A DNA stretch of 64,000 nt from Parcubacteria group bacterium (GCA_002687175.1 NYZP01000001.1:78236-142235), one strand, 5' to 3'. Numbered from the stretch's first letter, positions 1 to 10,188 are shown. Made by a program: numbers and translations. Notes: generated by a model not told the origin, from the letters alone.

Positions 1-1078
1 TGAAAAAATAGGTGACGTGGGAATGCTTTTCTTTTTCCGTAATATAAAGCTGTTTATACTTTTTAAGGGCAATAGTTAAGGTGCCCGTTAGATCTTCGGC
101 CGGATAAGCAGTGAGGATTGATCCTAGGTCCGGACCAAAATCTGTCATCGCCGTAAAGACTAAATCCTTTAAAATCTTACTTCGACGAAAACTGCCAGGA
201 TTTTGCTGATTAAAATTCTTTTGAACAAACGGTTTAGCTAATTGCCGGGCTCGATCAGACCGAAGATTGAAAAACAAAATAGCATCACCATTTTTTATTT
301 TGGCAATCGGCTTGCCACCTCGTTTAATAACATACGGCGGAATGAACTCATCGGTTTCTTCCCGGTTATAAGACTGGGTAATGGCCGCCTGGGGACTTTT
401 AGCGGTAATACCTTTGGCCAGCACCATTGCCTCGTAAGCTTTTTTTGTTCGAGACCATTCTTTTTTACGGTCCATGGCATAGAACCGACCCATGATCGTG
501 GCAATCCACTCGCCGGATCGTTTACCGTTACTTTCTTTATTTTTTAAAGTTCGCATTATAGCTTCAACTGATTTTAAAGCTGAATGAGGCGGTGAATCCC
601 GTCCATCGGTAAACAAATGGAGATAAACATTTTTAATTTTTTTGAGACGGGCCCAAGTTAGCAAAGCCAACAAATGATCAGGGTCACTATGAGCACTTTG
701 GCCATTAGAAATCATCCCCATAATATGAAGATCTGATTTATTATTAACCGTATGTTCGTAAGCGGCCTCAAAGGCTGGATTCTTAAAAAACTTTCCAGTG
801 TTAATATCCTTGGATATAAAAACAGAGTCCTGGTCAACAATTCGACCAGCACCAATGTTCATGTGCCCAGCTTCGGAATTACCAACTTGAGTTGGTGGCA
901 GACCCACTGCCTTGCCTGAAGCTTTTAATTTTGTTTTCGGATAACTCTGCCACAACTTATCAAAGACTGGGGTTTTAGCCAAAGCAATAGCATTGGCCGG
1001 ACTTTTTGGCGCCAGGCCCCAACCGTCAAGAATTAACAGCACCAGAGGCTTCTTTTTTTTAGTTTCTTTTTTGGGCAT
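1..1078 (-). CDS. gpmI: 2,3-bisphosphoglycerate-independent phosphoglycerate mutase (3' end runs off window)
   Basis: Manual translation of the minus strand from ATG at 1078: MPKKETKKKKPLVLLILDGWGLAP...GNSEAGHMNIGAGRIVDQD...HLFTDGRDS; lies downstream of eno. Absent from the ORF track because it is truncated. Confidence 0.95.
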   Translation of the reverse strand, partial: MPKKETKKKKPLVLLILDGWGLAPKSPANAIALAKTPVFDKLWQSYPKTKLKASGKAVGLPPTQVGNSEAGHMNIGAGRIVDQDSVFISKDINTGKFFKNPAFEAAYEHTVNNKSDLHIMGMISNGQSAHSDPDHLLALLTWARLKKIKNVYLHLFTDGRDSPPHSALKSVEAIMRTLKNKESNGKRSGEWIATIMGRFYAMDRKKEWSRTKKAYEAMVLAKGITAKSPQAAITQSYNREETDEFIPPYVIKRGGKPIAKIKNGDAILFFNLRSDRARQLAKPFVQKNFNQQNPGSFRRSKILKDLVFTAMTDFGPDLGSILTAYPAEDLTGTLTIALKKYKQLYITEKEKHSHVTYFF

Positions 1079-1090
1079 TATTTTTTTAAT

Positions 1091-1184
1091 TTGTCATTCC
1101 CGCGAAAGCGGGAATCCAGGGTTTCCTTGTACAGCTCTGGATCCCGCATCGCGGTCGCCAAGGCGACCTTGTGCGGGATGACAA
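1091..1184. repeat. REP/dRS3-like palindromic element (TTGTCATTCCCGCGAAAGCGGGAATCCAG...CTGGATCCCGC...GCGGGATGACAA)
   Basis: Terminal inverted repeats TTGTCAT/ATGACAA with nested hairpins; GC-rich insert between eno and gpmI. Confidence 0.8.
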
Positions 1185-1191
1185 AGTATTG

Positions 1192-2457
1192 TCATTTTTT
1201 TAATTCAGCCTCAATTTCTAATAACCGATTATACTTTACTACCCGTTCACTTCTCGACAGTGAACCAGTTTTTATGAATTCAGAATTAACCGCCACCGCT
1301 AAGTCAGCGATAGTAGTGTCGGTCGTTTCGCCAGATCGATGTGAAATTGATGTTTTATATTTGTTCTTTTTAGCTAATTTAATAGTGTCGATTGTTTCAG
1401 TTAAGCTACCTATTTGATTAAGTTTAATCAAGATAGCATTACCAACTTTCTTTTTAATCCCTTGTCTTAACCGTTTAACATTAGTGACAAATAAATCATC
1501 GCCAACCAGAACTGTTTTTTTACCCAATACTTTAGTCAGGCTTATCCAGTTTTCCCAATCATCCTCATCCAAACCATCTTCCAAAGAAATCATCGGATAT
1601 TTCTCGATCCATTGTTTTTCCAACTCGATCATTTCTTCGGCCGTCCTTTTTTTCTTGTCAGCTTTCATATCATAAATTTTTTCCTGATCGTCATAAAATT
1701 CTGAAGCCGCAGCATCAATCGCAATTTTAACTTGCCGCCCCGGAATATATTTAGCTTTTTTAATCGCCTGCATAATTACCTGAAATGCTTTTTCATTACC
1801 GGCTAGGGCAGGAGCATAACCACCCTCATCCCCTTTTAAAGTATTAAAACCTTTAGTTTTTAAAATTTTTCCTAGGGCGTGAAAAATTTCTGAGCCACAA
1901 CGTAACCGCTCTTTAAATTTTGCTTGCAACGGCACAATCATGAACTCCTGAATATCAAGTGTCCAGTCAGCATGAGCTCCACCGTTAATGACATTCATGG
2001 TTGGTATTGGTAATTTATAACCTTGATATTTTAAGTTAAAGACTTTTCGAATATGTTTATATAATGGTAAATCATTGGCTTCCGCCGCAGCATGAACATT
2101 AGCCAAGGACACGGCTAAAATGGCATTAGCTCCAAGCTTTGATTTATTTTCTGTACCATCAAGTTCCAGCATTATCTTATCAATTTTTCTTTGACTGTTA
2201 GGATCTAAACCCTTTAAGGCTGGAGCAATTATCTTATTGACGTTTTCCACGGCTTTTAAAACTCCTTTGCCGTAATAACGTTTTTTATCTCCATCTCTTA
2301 ATTCCAAAGCTTCATGAACTCCGGTGGAAGCACCGGACGGCACAGAGGCGACACCAGTAATACCATTATCTAAAGTAACATAGGCTCGTACTGTCGGATT
2401 ACCACGGGAACCCAAAATTTCCATTGCTTTAACTGATTTTATTTTTGATTTTGCCAT
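1192..2457 (-). CDS. eno: enolase
   Basis: [27 protein letters not shown] and KYNRLLEIE motifs. Confidence 0.99.
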   Translation of the reverse strand: MAKSKIKSVKAMEILGSRGNPTVRAYVTLDNGITGVASVPSGASTGVHEALELRDGDKKRYYGKGVLKAVENVNKIIAPALKGLDPNSQRKIDKIMLELDGTENKSKLGANAILAVSLANVHAAAEANDLPLYKHIRKVFNLKYQGYKLPIPTMNVINGGAHADWTLDIQEFMIVPLQAKFKERLRCGSEIFHALGKILKTKGFNTLKGDEGGYAPALAGNEKAFQVIMQAIKKAKYIPGRQVKIAIDAAASEFYDDQEKIYDMKADKKKRTAEEMIELEKQWIEKYPMISLEDGLDEDDWENWISLTKVLGKKTVLVGDDLFVTNVKRLRQGIKKKVGNAILIKLNQIGSLTETIDTIKLAKKNKYKTSISHRSGETTDTTIADLAVAVNSEFIKTGSLSRSERVVKYNRLLEIEAELKK

Positions 2458-2471
2458 ATTTTTTATATTTT

Positions 2472-2990
2472 CTAATTAATAACTTTAACAATGTCATCGC
2501 TGTCATATGAATTATTACCAAGACCATTAGGTCCGTAAGATCCCACCACTACAACCCAGCCATGCTCGGGGTGATCATAGTCAGTGTCAAAAAAATATTC
2601 ATTACCCCAAGGATCCACTGGTATCATAACCATATAAGGTCCATCCCAATTATCATAGGAGCTGTCATTGTCATCCTGGGTTATTCCGGCAACACCAGAA
2701 GATATATTATTGGTGCAACCATCAGCACAAATTTCATTATTACTACCAGCCGGTGTTCCATTTGTCATTATGCCAATAGCTTGGTGCCCCGGCCACTCTT
2801 CAGTATCATTCTCTAGCAGTTGTATAGCTTTAAATATTTGATTCACTTCACTTTGTGCTTTAGTTATCATTGCTTTTGATCTAGTGGCATTAACTGCCGT
2901 CGTAGCCAAAGTTGATAAAATCCCAATAATCGCAATTGTTACCAACAGTTCTATAAGAGTGAATCCCTCACTTTTGTTATAAAACTTCAT
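2472..2990 (-). CDS. type IV pilin / GspG-like prepilin
   Basis: [18 protein letters not shown]-methylation motif; [15 protein letters not shown] GspG-type motif. Confidence 0.9.
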   Translation of the reverse strand: MKFYNKSEGFTLIELLVTIAIIGILSTLATTAVNATRSKAMITKAQSEVNQIFKAIQLLENDTEEWPGHQAIGIMTNGTPAGSNNEICADGCTNNISSGVAGITQDDNDSSYDNWDGPYMVMIPVDPWGNEYFFDTDYDHPEHGWVVVVGSYGPNGLGNNSYDSDDIVKVIN

Positions 2991-3756
2991 AAGTTACCGT
3001 GACATTAACCGTAATATCCTGGCTACCTGGTTCAATATCAGGAGCCGCGCCACCAATGCCGATATCCATTGCTTTGGCTTCGGCAAACATTGGCATAGGA
3101 TAATCATAACCACCACCACTTTCGTTAAATGATACTAAACGACCCAGTTTAACCCCAGCCACTTTGGCTAACGCTTCGGCCTTTTCTTTGGCATTGGCTA
3201 AGGCTTCTTCTCTGGCTTGTTGTCTTAAATCTTCTGGATCATCAATAGTAAAACTCAGTCCGCTAACCTGATTTGCTCCAGCACTACCGGCCAGACTTAG
3301 CACTTCACCAATTTTATCCAGATCTCTTATTTTAACACTTACATTTTGGCTCACTTGATAGCCACGTAAAGTTTGTTGTCTATTAATATAATCATAACGA
3401 GGGTAAATACTGTAATTAGTTGTCTTTATATCCTCTTTGTCTATATCTAAATCTTTCAGTTGGTTAATAAGTTTGTTCATTTTTTCGGTGTTATCTTGCT
3501 GAGCTTTGGCAACGTCTTGATCTTCAGTTTGATAACCCAGGGAGACTTGAGTAATGTCTGGGGTGGCCGTGACTCCTCCTTCACCAGAGATGGTGATGGT
3601 ATAAAGCTGGGTGTCGCTTTTTCCGATATACTGATGGGTAGAAAATGCGTTCCAGGTTAAGACTGCTAAAAATAAAATTAAAATAGCCAGCAGTAAAATA
3701 AATAAAACGCCAACTGGCTTTTTGTGTTCTGATGAAATATGATTTTCCATATGCAT
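2977..3756 (-). CDS. SIMPL (DUF541) domain protein
   Basis: N-terminal TM; TITISGEGGVTATPD, AREEALANAKEKAEALA and [16 protein letters not shown] motifs. Confidence 0.9.
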   Translation of the reverse strand: MHMENHISSEHKKPVGVLFILLLAILILFLAVLTWNAFSTHQYIGKSDTQLYTITISGEGGVTATPDITQVSLGYQTEDQDVAKAQQDNTEKMNKLINQLKDLDIDKEDIKTTNYSIYPRYDYINRQQTLRGYQVSQNVSVKIRDLDKIGEVLSLAGSAGANQVSGLSFTIDDPEDLRQQAREEALANAKEKAEALAKVAGVKLGRLVSFNESGGGYDYPMPMFAEAKAMDIGIGGAAPDIEPGSQDITVNVTVTYEVL

Positions 3757-3760
3757 AAAG

Positions 3761-4987
3761 TTATTTTTTAATGTGTTTTAAGGCTGGTAATTCTTTACCG
3801 GCTAAAAATTCCATACTGGCACCTCCGCCAGTGGAAATATGATTAAATTTTTTCTCTAGTCTATATTTAGAAGCCACAATCTCCGTGTCTCCGCCACCGA
3901 TAACTGTTGTGGCTGACGATTTAGCCACAGCCTGTGAAATCTTTTTAGTACCATTACTAAACTTATCGACTTCAAATACTCCCATCGGACCATTAAAAAA
4001 AATGGTCTTGGCAGTCTTTATATGCTCCTGATAATTTTTAATGGTCTTTGGGCCGATATCTAAAAATTTCCAACGCTGGTTAATCGCGTCCTTATCAGTA
4101 AAATCAACAACTTCCACCAAAGAGTGTTTGTCAATCTTATTTCCGGCTACTAAATCAACTGGTAACACAATCTTTGACTTATTACGTTTATAAATCTTAC
4201 GGGCTAAGGTGACGTAATTAACTTTTTTACGTCTAGCTTTATCAACAAAGACATCTTCAATGAAGGAATTACCAATTGGTACTCTCAAAGCTTTTAAAAA
4301 AACATTTGCCAGACCACCACCAATTAAAACTTTGTCAGCAATTTTAACTAATTTTTTTAAAGTATTAATCTTATCAGAAATCTTTGCACCTCCTAAGACA
4401 ATCACCAGTGGTCTTTTTGGCTTTTTACTAATTCTGGATAAAGCCTTAATCTCCTTGTCCAATAAAAATCCAGCATAGGTCGGAATCAACTTAGTAATAC
4501 CTGTGGTTGATGAATGAACACGGTGGGCATGACCGAAAGCGTCAAAACAAATTAGATCTAAACCATGAACTAACAAGGCCGAAAACATTTTATTCTCGGC
4601 CATCTCTTCCGGATAAAATCTAACATTCTCTAACATTAAAATTTCTCCAGATTCCATGGCTTCAATTTTTGAAAAAACTTTTGGTCCAACACAGTCATCT
4701 AACTTTTTGACTGGTTGGTTAATTAATTTTGACAATGTTTTGGCCACCGGGTCCATCTTATATTTTTCAACCACTTTGCCATCGGGCCGACTTAACCATG
4801 ATAAAATAACAATCTTACAACTGTTTTTCAAAAGATAATTTATTGTTGGAATTGTTTCGGTAATTCGTCTGTCGTCGGACACTTTCCAACCTTGGCCAGA
4901 CTTTTTCAAAGGGACATCGTAAGCGACTCGTAATAAAACTTTTTTTCCCTTTAATTTCTTAACTTCCCGGATTGATTTTAGCTTCAT
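3761..4987 (-). CDS. pgk: phosphoglycerate kinase
   Basis: LENVRFYPEE, GGAKISDKI, DIGPKT and HISTGGGASMEFL motifs. Confidence 0.97.
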   Translation of the reverse strand: MKLKSIREVKKLKGKKVLLRVAYDVPLKKSGQGWKVSDDRRITETIPTINYLLKNSCKIVILSWLSRPDGKVVEKYKMDPVAKTLSKLINQPVKKLDDCVGPKVFSKIEAMESGEILMLENVRFYPEEMAENKMFSALLVHGLDLICFDAFGHAHRVHSSTTGITKLIPTYAGFLLDKEIKALSRISKKPKRPLVIVLGGAKISDKINTLKKLVKIADKVLIGGGLANVFLKALRVPIGNSFIEDVFVDKARRKKVNYVTLARKIYKRNKSKIVLPVDLVAGNKIDKHSLVEVVDFTDKDAINQRWKFLDIGPKTIKNYQEHIKTAKTIFFNGPMGVFEVDKFSNGTKKISQAVAKSSATTVIGGGDTEIVASKYRLEKKFNHISTGGGASMEFLAGKELPALKHIKK

Positions 4988-5148
4988 AACAGCTAAATTA
5001 TAACATAAAATAAAAAACCCTGCACCAAGTACAATAATATAGAAAAATGCAAGAAAAATTATTGTTCATTGACTCGCTCATCACAATAGTCAAGAACTAA
5101 AATTTTGGGATATACAATATAGCCCTGGCCTTAAGGCCTGGGCTATAT

Positions 5149-6381
5149 TTATGATTTTATAATTCTAACCTTTTCAATTTTCTTGGGAGTGGCTTTTTCC
5201 ACCACCATTTTAAAATTGTTAAACTCTACTTCTTCACCAGCTTTAGGAATTCGACCAAACTTATCCAAAATTATTTCCGAAATAAAACGATGTTCACTGC
5301 CGGGGATTTTAATGTTAAAAAAATGGTTCACTTCCATAGCTTCAGTTTGAGCATCAACTAAAATTACATTCTTATCAAGCCGCTTAATCAAAAACTCATT
5401 AACATCAGACTCATCCATAATTTCTCCGACTATTTCCTCTAACAAATCTTCCAAGGTGACTAAGCCAGCAGTTGACCCACGCTCATCAAGAACAATCGCA
5501 ATATGATTATGTTGTCTTTGGAAATCTTTAAAGATATCATCAATCTTTCTTTGCTTAGGAATAAAGTATGGCTTACGGGCTATTTTTTTTAAAAGAGTTT
5601 TATTGTTACCTTTACTTAACTCCCGCAATACATCAGGCAAATAAATAACACCAACAATGCTGTCAATTGATTTTTGATAAACCGGAATTCTGGAATAATG
5701 AGAATTGTTAATTTTTTTAACTGCTTGTTCAATTGTAGAATTAATTGGCAGACCAAAGATATCTTCCCGAACCGACATCACGTCTGCGGCGTTAATGTCG
5801 TTAAACTCAAGTACTCGTTTAATCATCTCTTTCTCTTTATGCTCCACCACTCCCTCTTCAACACCAATCTCCGCTAGAGCCCTTAGCTCTTCTTCACTGA
5901 CCGTTGGTAGTTCTTTGCCTTTGGTAAAAATTTTTAGAGCAAACTTATTAAAAAATTCAAACACAATGGAAATTGGACGCAAGATAATGTCCAGCACTGC
6001 CAAAATTGGCGCCACCCCTATAGCAAAACTTTCGGCATGAGCAGTAGCAAAACCTTTTGGTCCAATTTCCCCGAAAACTAAAATCACCACCGTTAAAATT
6101 CCGGTGGCAATGGCTGGCCCTAATGATCCAAAAAGTTCAAATGCTAATACTGTTGCTAAAGCCGATGCAGCTATATTAACTAAGTTGTTGCCAATCAAAA
6201 TATTTATTAATAACCGCTGGGGATTAGCTTTTAGTTTAGAAAGTTTCTTGGCTTTTTTGCCATTTCTCTTTTCTAAAGATTTAAGCTTAGCTGGTGATAA
6301 AGAAAAAATAGCTATTTCCGAAGCCGAAAAAAAACCGGACAGTAAAATTAAAAAAACTAAAAATAAAATTTGATTAAGCAT
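5149..6381 (-). CDS. hemolysin-family CNNM/CBS/CorC protein
   Basis: FFSASEIA, ILIGNNLVNI, FGEIGPK, CBS pair (YSRIPVY, GLVTLEDLLEEIVGEI) and C-terminal CorC domain. Confidence 0.93.
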   Translation of the reverse strand: MLNQILFLVFLILLSGFFSASEIAIFSLSPAKLKSLEKRNGKKAKKLSKLKANPQRLLINILIGNNLVNIAASALATVLAFELFGSLGPAIATGILTVVILVFGEIGPKGFATAHAESFAIGVAPILAVLDIILRPISIVFEFFNKFALKIFTKGKELPTVSEEELRALAEIGVEEGVVEHKEKEMIKRVLEFNDINAADVMSVREDIFGLPINSTIEQAVKKINNSHYSRIPVYQKSIDSIVGVIYLPDVLRELSKGNNKTLLKKIARKPYFIPKQRKIDDIFKDFQRQHNHIAIVLDERGSTAGLVTLEDLLEEIVGEIMDESDVNEFLIKRLDKNVILVDAQTEAMEVNHFFNIKIPGSEHRFISEIILDKFGRIPKAGEEVEFNNFKMVVEKATPKKIEKVRIIKS

Positions 6382-6383
6382 AG

Positions 6384-6767
6384 TTATTCGGCAATAGTAA
6401 ATTGTTCATAAACTACCTGATTCTGATCATCCCCCTTTTGATAAACAACGGCAAACCAGTATGTTCCCGGTTGCATGCCCTCAATATCAGCAAAAAATTT
6501 CTGACTACATCTTTCTGTGGTTTCGTTACCTTCAAGACTTAGAGTAAAAGTACTATCTTTTTTATCGAGAACACCTTTAAAACTTTCAACATCACAGCTA
6601 AAATCGGCAAAGGGTACTTCTACTTTTAAACCATTAGCGGTTGGCTCCAGTTTTGATTCAGTTACAATTTCATTAGTAAAACCATATTGCATGGCAAAAT
6701 TTTCTTTAAGCTGGCAAGCAGATAAGGTAACCGCTGATAAAATTGTTATCATTAATAATTTCTTCAT
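6384..6767 (-). CDS. hypothetical lipoprotein
   Basis: Lipobox LSAC after a hydrophobic signal; tightly coupled to the next gene. Confidence 0.75.
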   Translation of the reverse strand: MKKLLMITILSAVTLSACQLKENFAMQYGFTNEIVTESKLEPTANGLKVEVPFADFSCDVESFKGVLDKKDSTFTLSLEGNETTERCSQKFFADIEGMQPGTYWFAVVYQKGDDQNQVVYEQFTIAE

Positions 6768-6794
6768 AACTACTAATATTATAGCAAAAAATAG

Positions 6795-7271
6795 CTAAAT
6801 ACCCAATTTGAGTTTTAAGTCGTTTAGCCTTAAATAAAATCCCTTAGTGTGAATGGAATTAAGCCTTAAATGATAAGTGTCATAGTGATGCAACCATTCA
6901 TGGAGCAAAGTATCAACAAATGTTTTAGGAGCTAGAATTTGTCCCCGAACGGCGGTTAAATTTTGAATATAGATATATTTTCCTCGATAGTAGCCATACT
7001 GCTTATAAACTACTCTGCCGCCACTATGTTTATGGTATTGATTAGTGTCCGATATTTTTAGTTTTACAATATCGATTCTGGCACAATCACATAGCTCATC
7101 TAATAATTGTTCACCTCTCTTTTGTCGACTGGCGGTGGTACTGGAGTTTAACAAAAACTGAGTCAACTTCAAAGACTGTTGATTAACTGAAAACTTAACA
7201 ACTGTAATTTTATTACTTTTTTTATAATTAGCATCAGGTCTCATAATACTCATTATAATAAATATTACCAA
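6795..7271 (-). CDS. HExxH zinc-metalloprotease-like (SprT-like) protein
   Basis: TLLHEWLHH...HTKGFY motif; start codon uncertain. Confidence 0.7.
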   Translation of the reverse strand: MVIFIIMSIMRPDANYKKSNKITVVKFSVNQQSLKLTQFLLNSSTTASRQKRGEQLLDELCDCARIDIVKLKISDTNQYHKHSGGRVVYKQYGYYRGKYIYIQNLTAVRGQILAPKTFVDTLLHEWLHHYDTYHLRLNSIHTKGFYLRLNDLKLKLGI

Positions 7272-7319
7272 AAGAAAAAAGACGGAGACTAATTTAATAA
7301 TCTCCGCCTAATGCCACAG

Positions 7320-7865
7320 TCAGGAAATTACCTCCTGACAAGCTGGACACCACTTGACCCAGTCATCTTGTCCAGACCAGTGAGTTATAATCAGGCCCTT
7401 CTTCCTGGCAACTGAGCTTTCCCCCCACTCAACTAAAGTACCAGAACACTTAGGACAAATATTAGCATTCTGTCTTATTTTAGATTGTCCAGAGACTCTA
7501 CTATTCTTGCGGATAGTTACTGAACCATAACTATTAGCAACATCTGTCAATTCTTTACATGCAAAACAATCACAATCTGAACTATAAACATGTGTATCTC
7601 TTGTCCAGGTAGAATAGGCCCAGTAGTTGCAGTGTTTACACCACAGACCATATTCTAGACCAAACTCAATGGCCGCTGCAGTTGGTGCTATACCAGCCTG
7701 AACATCCCTTACTATCACCATTGCTTGTTGACCACAGCCTGGGCAAACTTTATTAGCACAGCCATCATTATGCTCTCCTAATAGTAAGCCTGACTCAAGA
7801 CATATTTTACAATCACACTCTGGATCATTACGTCGATGATTCACAACTACTTCTTTTTGACACAT
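7320..7865 (-). CDS. Cys-rich multi-zinc-ribbon hypothetical protein
   Basis: Several CxxC pairs and two CDCxxC motifs; SD TAAGGAG upstream. Confidence 0.7.
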   Translation of the reverse strand: MCQKEVVVNHRRNDPECDCKICLESGLLLGEHNDGCANKVCPGCGQQAMVIVRDVQAGIAPTAAAIEFGLEYGLWCKHCNYWAYSTWTRDTHVYSSDCDCFACKELTDVANSYGSVTIRKNSRVSGQSKIRQNANICPKCSGTLVEWGESSVARKKGLIITHWSGQDDWVKWCPACQEVIS

Positions 7866-7913
7866 GATTTAATCTCCTTACGTCAAAGAACGTTGGCTTT
7901 TGTCACCAATAAC

Positions 7914-7936
7914 AAAAAACCCCGCCAGAGGCGGGG
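7914..7936 (-). terminator. intrinsic terminator in a 5' leader (attenuator)
   Basis: Minus strand CCCCGCCTCTGGCGGGG-TTTTTT, about 50 nt upstream of the 7865 start. Confidence 0.8.
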
Positions 7937-7967
7937 TCAGTAGATATTAAAAAATAAAAATATCAAA

Positions 7968-8030
7968 TCACCTCGACTCTGGCGAAGTAATTTGATAATG
8001 AGTTGAAAATTGTTTTGCAAATTTATTCAT
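7968..8030 (-). CDS. putative 20-aa leader peptide MNKFAKQFSTHYQITSPESR
   Basis: Short ORF whose 3' half forms a 15-bp hairpin; its segment CGCCAGAG is complementary to the downstream terminator. Confidence 0.5.
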   Translation of the reverse strand: MNKFAKQFSTHYQITSPESR

Positions 8031-8114
8031 AATATTAATAAATTATCACAGTTAATAAAAACTGTCAAATTAAAGAAAAAAGCGGAAACTTGTTAGGTAA
8101 CCGCCAAATTAAAA

Positions 8115-8351
8115 CTAAACCATTAAAAATGAACCTTCCGAAACAAATATATCTTTAAGGCCTTCTTTTCCCAAGGCGGTAAGAACTTCTTTTTCTTTTC
8201 CCTTAGGAATAAAAGCTGAAGCGATAAAATCGCTACTACCAATTTTATTTTTATAACCTGTACACTTCCCTCCAAACTTTTTTACTATTCGACTAAAAGT
8301 TGAAAGTCCAAATTTAGCTGGAACCTCACAATAAATATGAAAGTAATTCAA
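8115..8351 (-). CDS. small hypothetical protein (ferredoxin/ACT-like fold possible)
   Basis: ORF with GAAGGA SD and a downstream terminator; alternating beta/alpha pattern. Confidence 0.55.
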   Translation of the reverse strand: MNYFHIYCEVPAKFGLSTFSRIVKKFGGKCTGYKNKIGSSDFIASAFIPKGKEKEVLTALGKEGLKDIFVSEGSFLMV

Positions 8352-8394
8352 TGATCATTCCTTCACAGGTTTATTGGGATAAAGAACAGAAAAA

Positions 8395-8760
8395 AAGATC
8401 AGGAGAGGAAGAGAAGGGCCCCCGATCTCGGCTGCGGTATTATTGAGTGAATTTGCCGCGTATTGGTGTGGCTAGGTTGTGAAGTTAGGCTTCATCACCC
8501 ATCGGCCTCGGAACACTACTTCGGTACTGCCTTCGGCTTCCGATCTTCTTCATTCGTTGGTGTTCTCGATGGTCGTGCTTCCGCGAATGGCCGCGAAAGC
8601 GAAACAGAGTTCCTTCATGATATACTCCTTTCAGGAGGTTTTGAACCGAAGCTCTAATCATGAACTGAGTATACTCATCCCTTCTTCTTGTTTCCGTCAC
8701 CGGGAAAAATTGTCTTCCTGACAGCCTAGCTGCCTCCTCAATTCCCCTATCGGAAAGAGT
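8395..8760 (-). ncRNA. candidate large structured non-coding RNA
   Basis: GC-rich island with nested helices, UUCG and GNRA loops, an upstream TTGATA-17-TAACAT promoter and a downstream hairpin plus U-tract. Confidence 0.55.
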
Positions 8761-8868
8761 CAAGTCAAATAGATTTACACGCCTTAAAAAAATGTTATCA
8801 TAAAAAAATTTATTTATCAAGAATCAAAAACCCCCACCAAACTGGTGGGGGGTTAATTTTTATAAAAA

Positions 8869-9891
8869 TTATTTAGTCAACCGACCAACTTGCTCTGCCA
8901 TTTCGGTCAGTCTTAAACTATAAGCGTATTCATTGTCATACCAAGCCAAAATTTTAACTAAATTTCCGCCAACCACTCTGGTAAACTCTAAATCAACAGT
9001 AGCCGAATATGGATTACCAATATAATCTGAGGATACTAAAGGTTTAGACGAGACCGCTAAAATATTTTTGTAAAGTGGATGTTTAGTAGCTGTTTTAAAT
9101 TCATCATTAATTTGTTTAACCGTCACTTTTTTGCGCTTTAGAACTGCCGTAATGTCGGACAATGACCCGGTAATGGTTGGGACCCGAATGGCAATACCGT
9201 CAAACATGTTTTTTACTCCGGGCACCACTTTAGTGGTGGCTTCGGCTGCACCAGTGGTAGTAGGAATCATGTTAAGTGCCGCTGCTCTGGTTCTTCTCAA
9301 ATCCTTATTTGGACCATCAACTAAATTTTGGGTTGAGGTATAGGAGTGAATAGTGGTCATCAAAGCTTTTTCGACTCCAAATTTAGATTCTAAAACTTGA
9401 ATCACTGGTGAAATACAATTAGTGGTACAAGAAGCCATAGAAACAATATCGTCACAACTATCTTTCTTAACACAGTCACCAGTATGCTTAGTGCCATAAA
9501 CTAAAGTCTGAGTATTGTCTTTAGCCGGGGCGGAAATGATAATTCGTTTAGCTCCAGCTTTTAGGTGTCCGCTGGCATCTTTCTTGGTTTTAAATCTCCC
9601 GGTACATTCCAGCAACACCTCAACGGCAAATTTCTTCCAAGGTAATTTAGCTGGTTCAGCTTCATGAAATACTAAATATTCTTTGCCATCAATTTTAATA
9701 CCATTTTTAGTGGGCAGAACTTTTCGATGATACAAGCCATAGGCGGTGTCATACTGTAATAAATGGGCCAATAACTTATTATCCATTAAATCGTTAAGCG
9801 CCACCACCTCTAAATTTTTATTTTCTAAAGCTGCTTTAAAAGTCGCCCGGCCAATCCGACCAAAACCATTAATTGCAATTTTTGTTACCAT
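8869..9891 (-). CDS. gap: type I glyceraldehyde-3-phosphate dehydrogenase
   Basis: INGFGRIGR, ASCTTNC and WYDNE motifs. Confidence 0.99.
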   Translation of the reverse strand: MVTKIAINGFGRIGRATFKAALENKNLEVVALNDLMDNKLLAHLLQYDTAYGLYHRKVLPTKNGIKIDGKEYLVFHEAEPAKLPWKKFAVEVLLECTGRFKTKKDASGHLKAGAKRIIISAPAKDNTQTLVYGTKHTGDCVKKDSCDDIVSMASCTTNCISPVIQVLESKFGVEKALMTTIHSYTSTQNLVDGPNKDLRRTRAAALNMIPTTTGAAEATTKVVPGVKNMFDGIAIRVPTITGSLSDITAVLKRKKVTVKQINDEFKTATKHPLYKNILAVSSKPLVSSDYIGNPYSATVDLEFTRVVGGNLVKILAWYDNEYAYSLRLTEMAEQVGRLTK

Positions 9892-10000
9892 AAAATATAT
9901 TTTGATTTATAAACTAATCTAATTATAACCTAAATTATTAAAAAATAAAATGCTAAAGAACCGAAAACTCCTATATTCATAGATTAAATGATACTGCGAT

Positions 10001-10123
10001 GTTCTTATGGGTGGGGTCTGGGGCCGTCCTGAGCCCAAGGCGAGGGCTCTGCGAGTAAATCAACGAGCTTGGCGAATAAAGGCTCCAGGATTTTTTGGGT
10101 ACTTTTTTCTAAAAAAAGTACCT
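10001..10123 (+). repeat. dispersed structured MITE-like repeat, copy 1
   Basis: Near-identical to the reverse complement of 18417-18536; ends in a GGTACTTTTT..AAAAAGTACC hairpin. Confidence 0.85.
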
Positions 10124-10188
10124 CACCTGAGGTATCCTGAGTATACTAAAACATAAAAAAATAATTCTACATAAGCACAAATAAAAAA

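Noticed and set aside
8395-8760. RNase P RNA, tmRNA or SRP RNA
   Set aside because: No GAGGAAAGUCC P4 motif, no tRNA-like ends with CCA, no SRP helix-8 motif.
8463-8820. Short overlapping ORFs (64, 80 and 111 aa) and a 22-codon ORF after AAGGAG
   Set aside because: No recognisable domains and the SD lies in a hairpin; nested pairing is better explained by RNA structure, although coding is not fully excluded.
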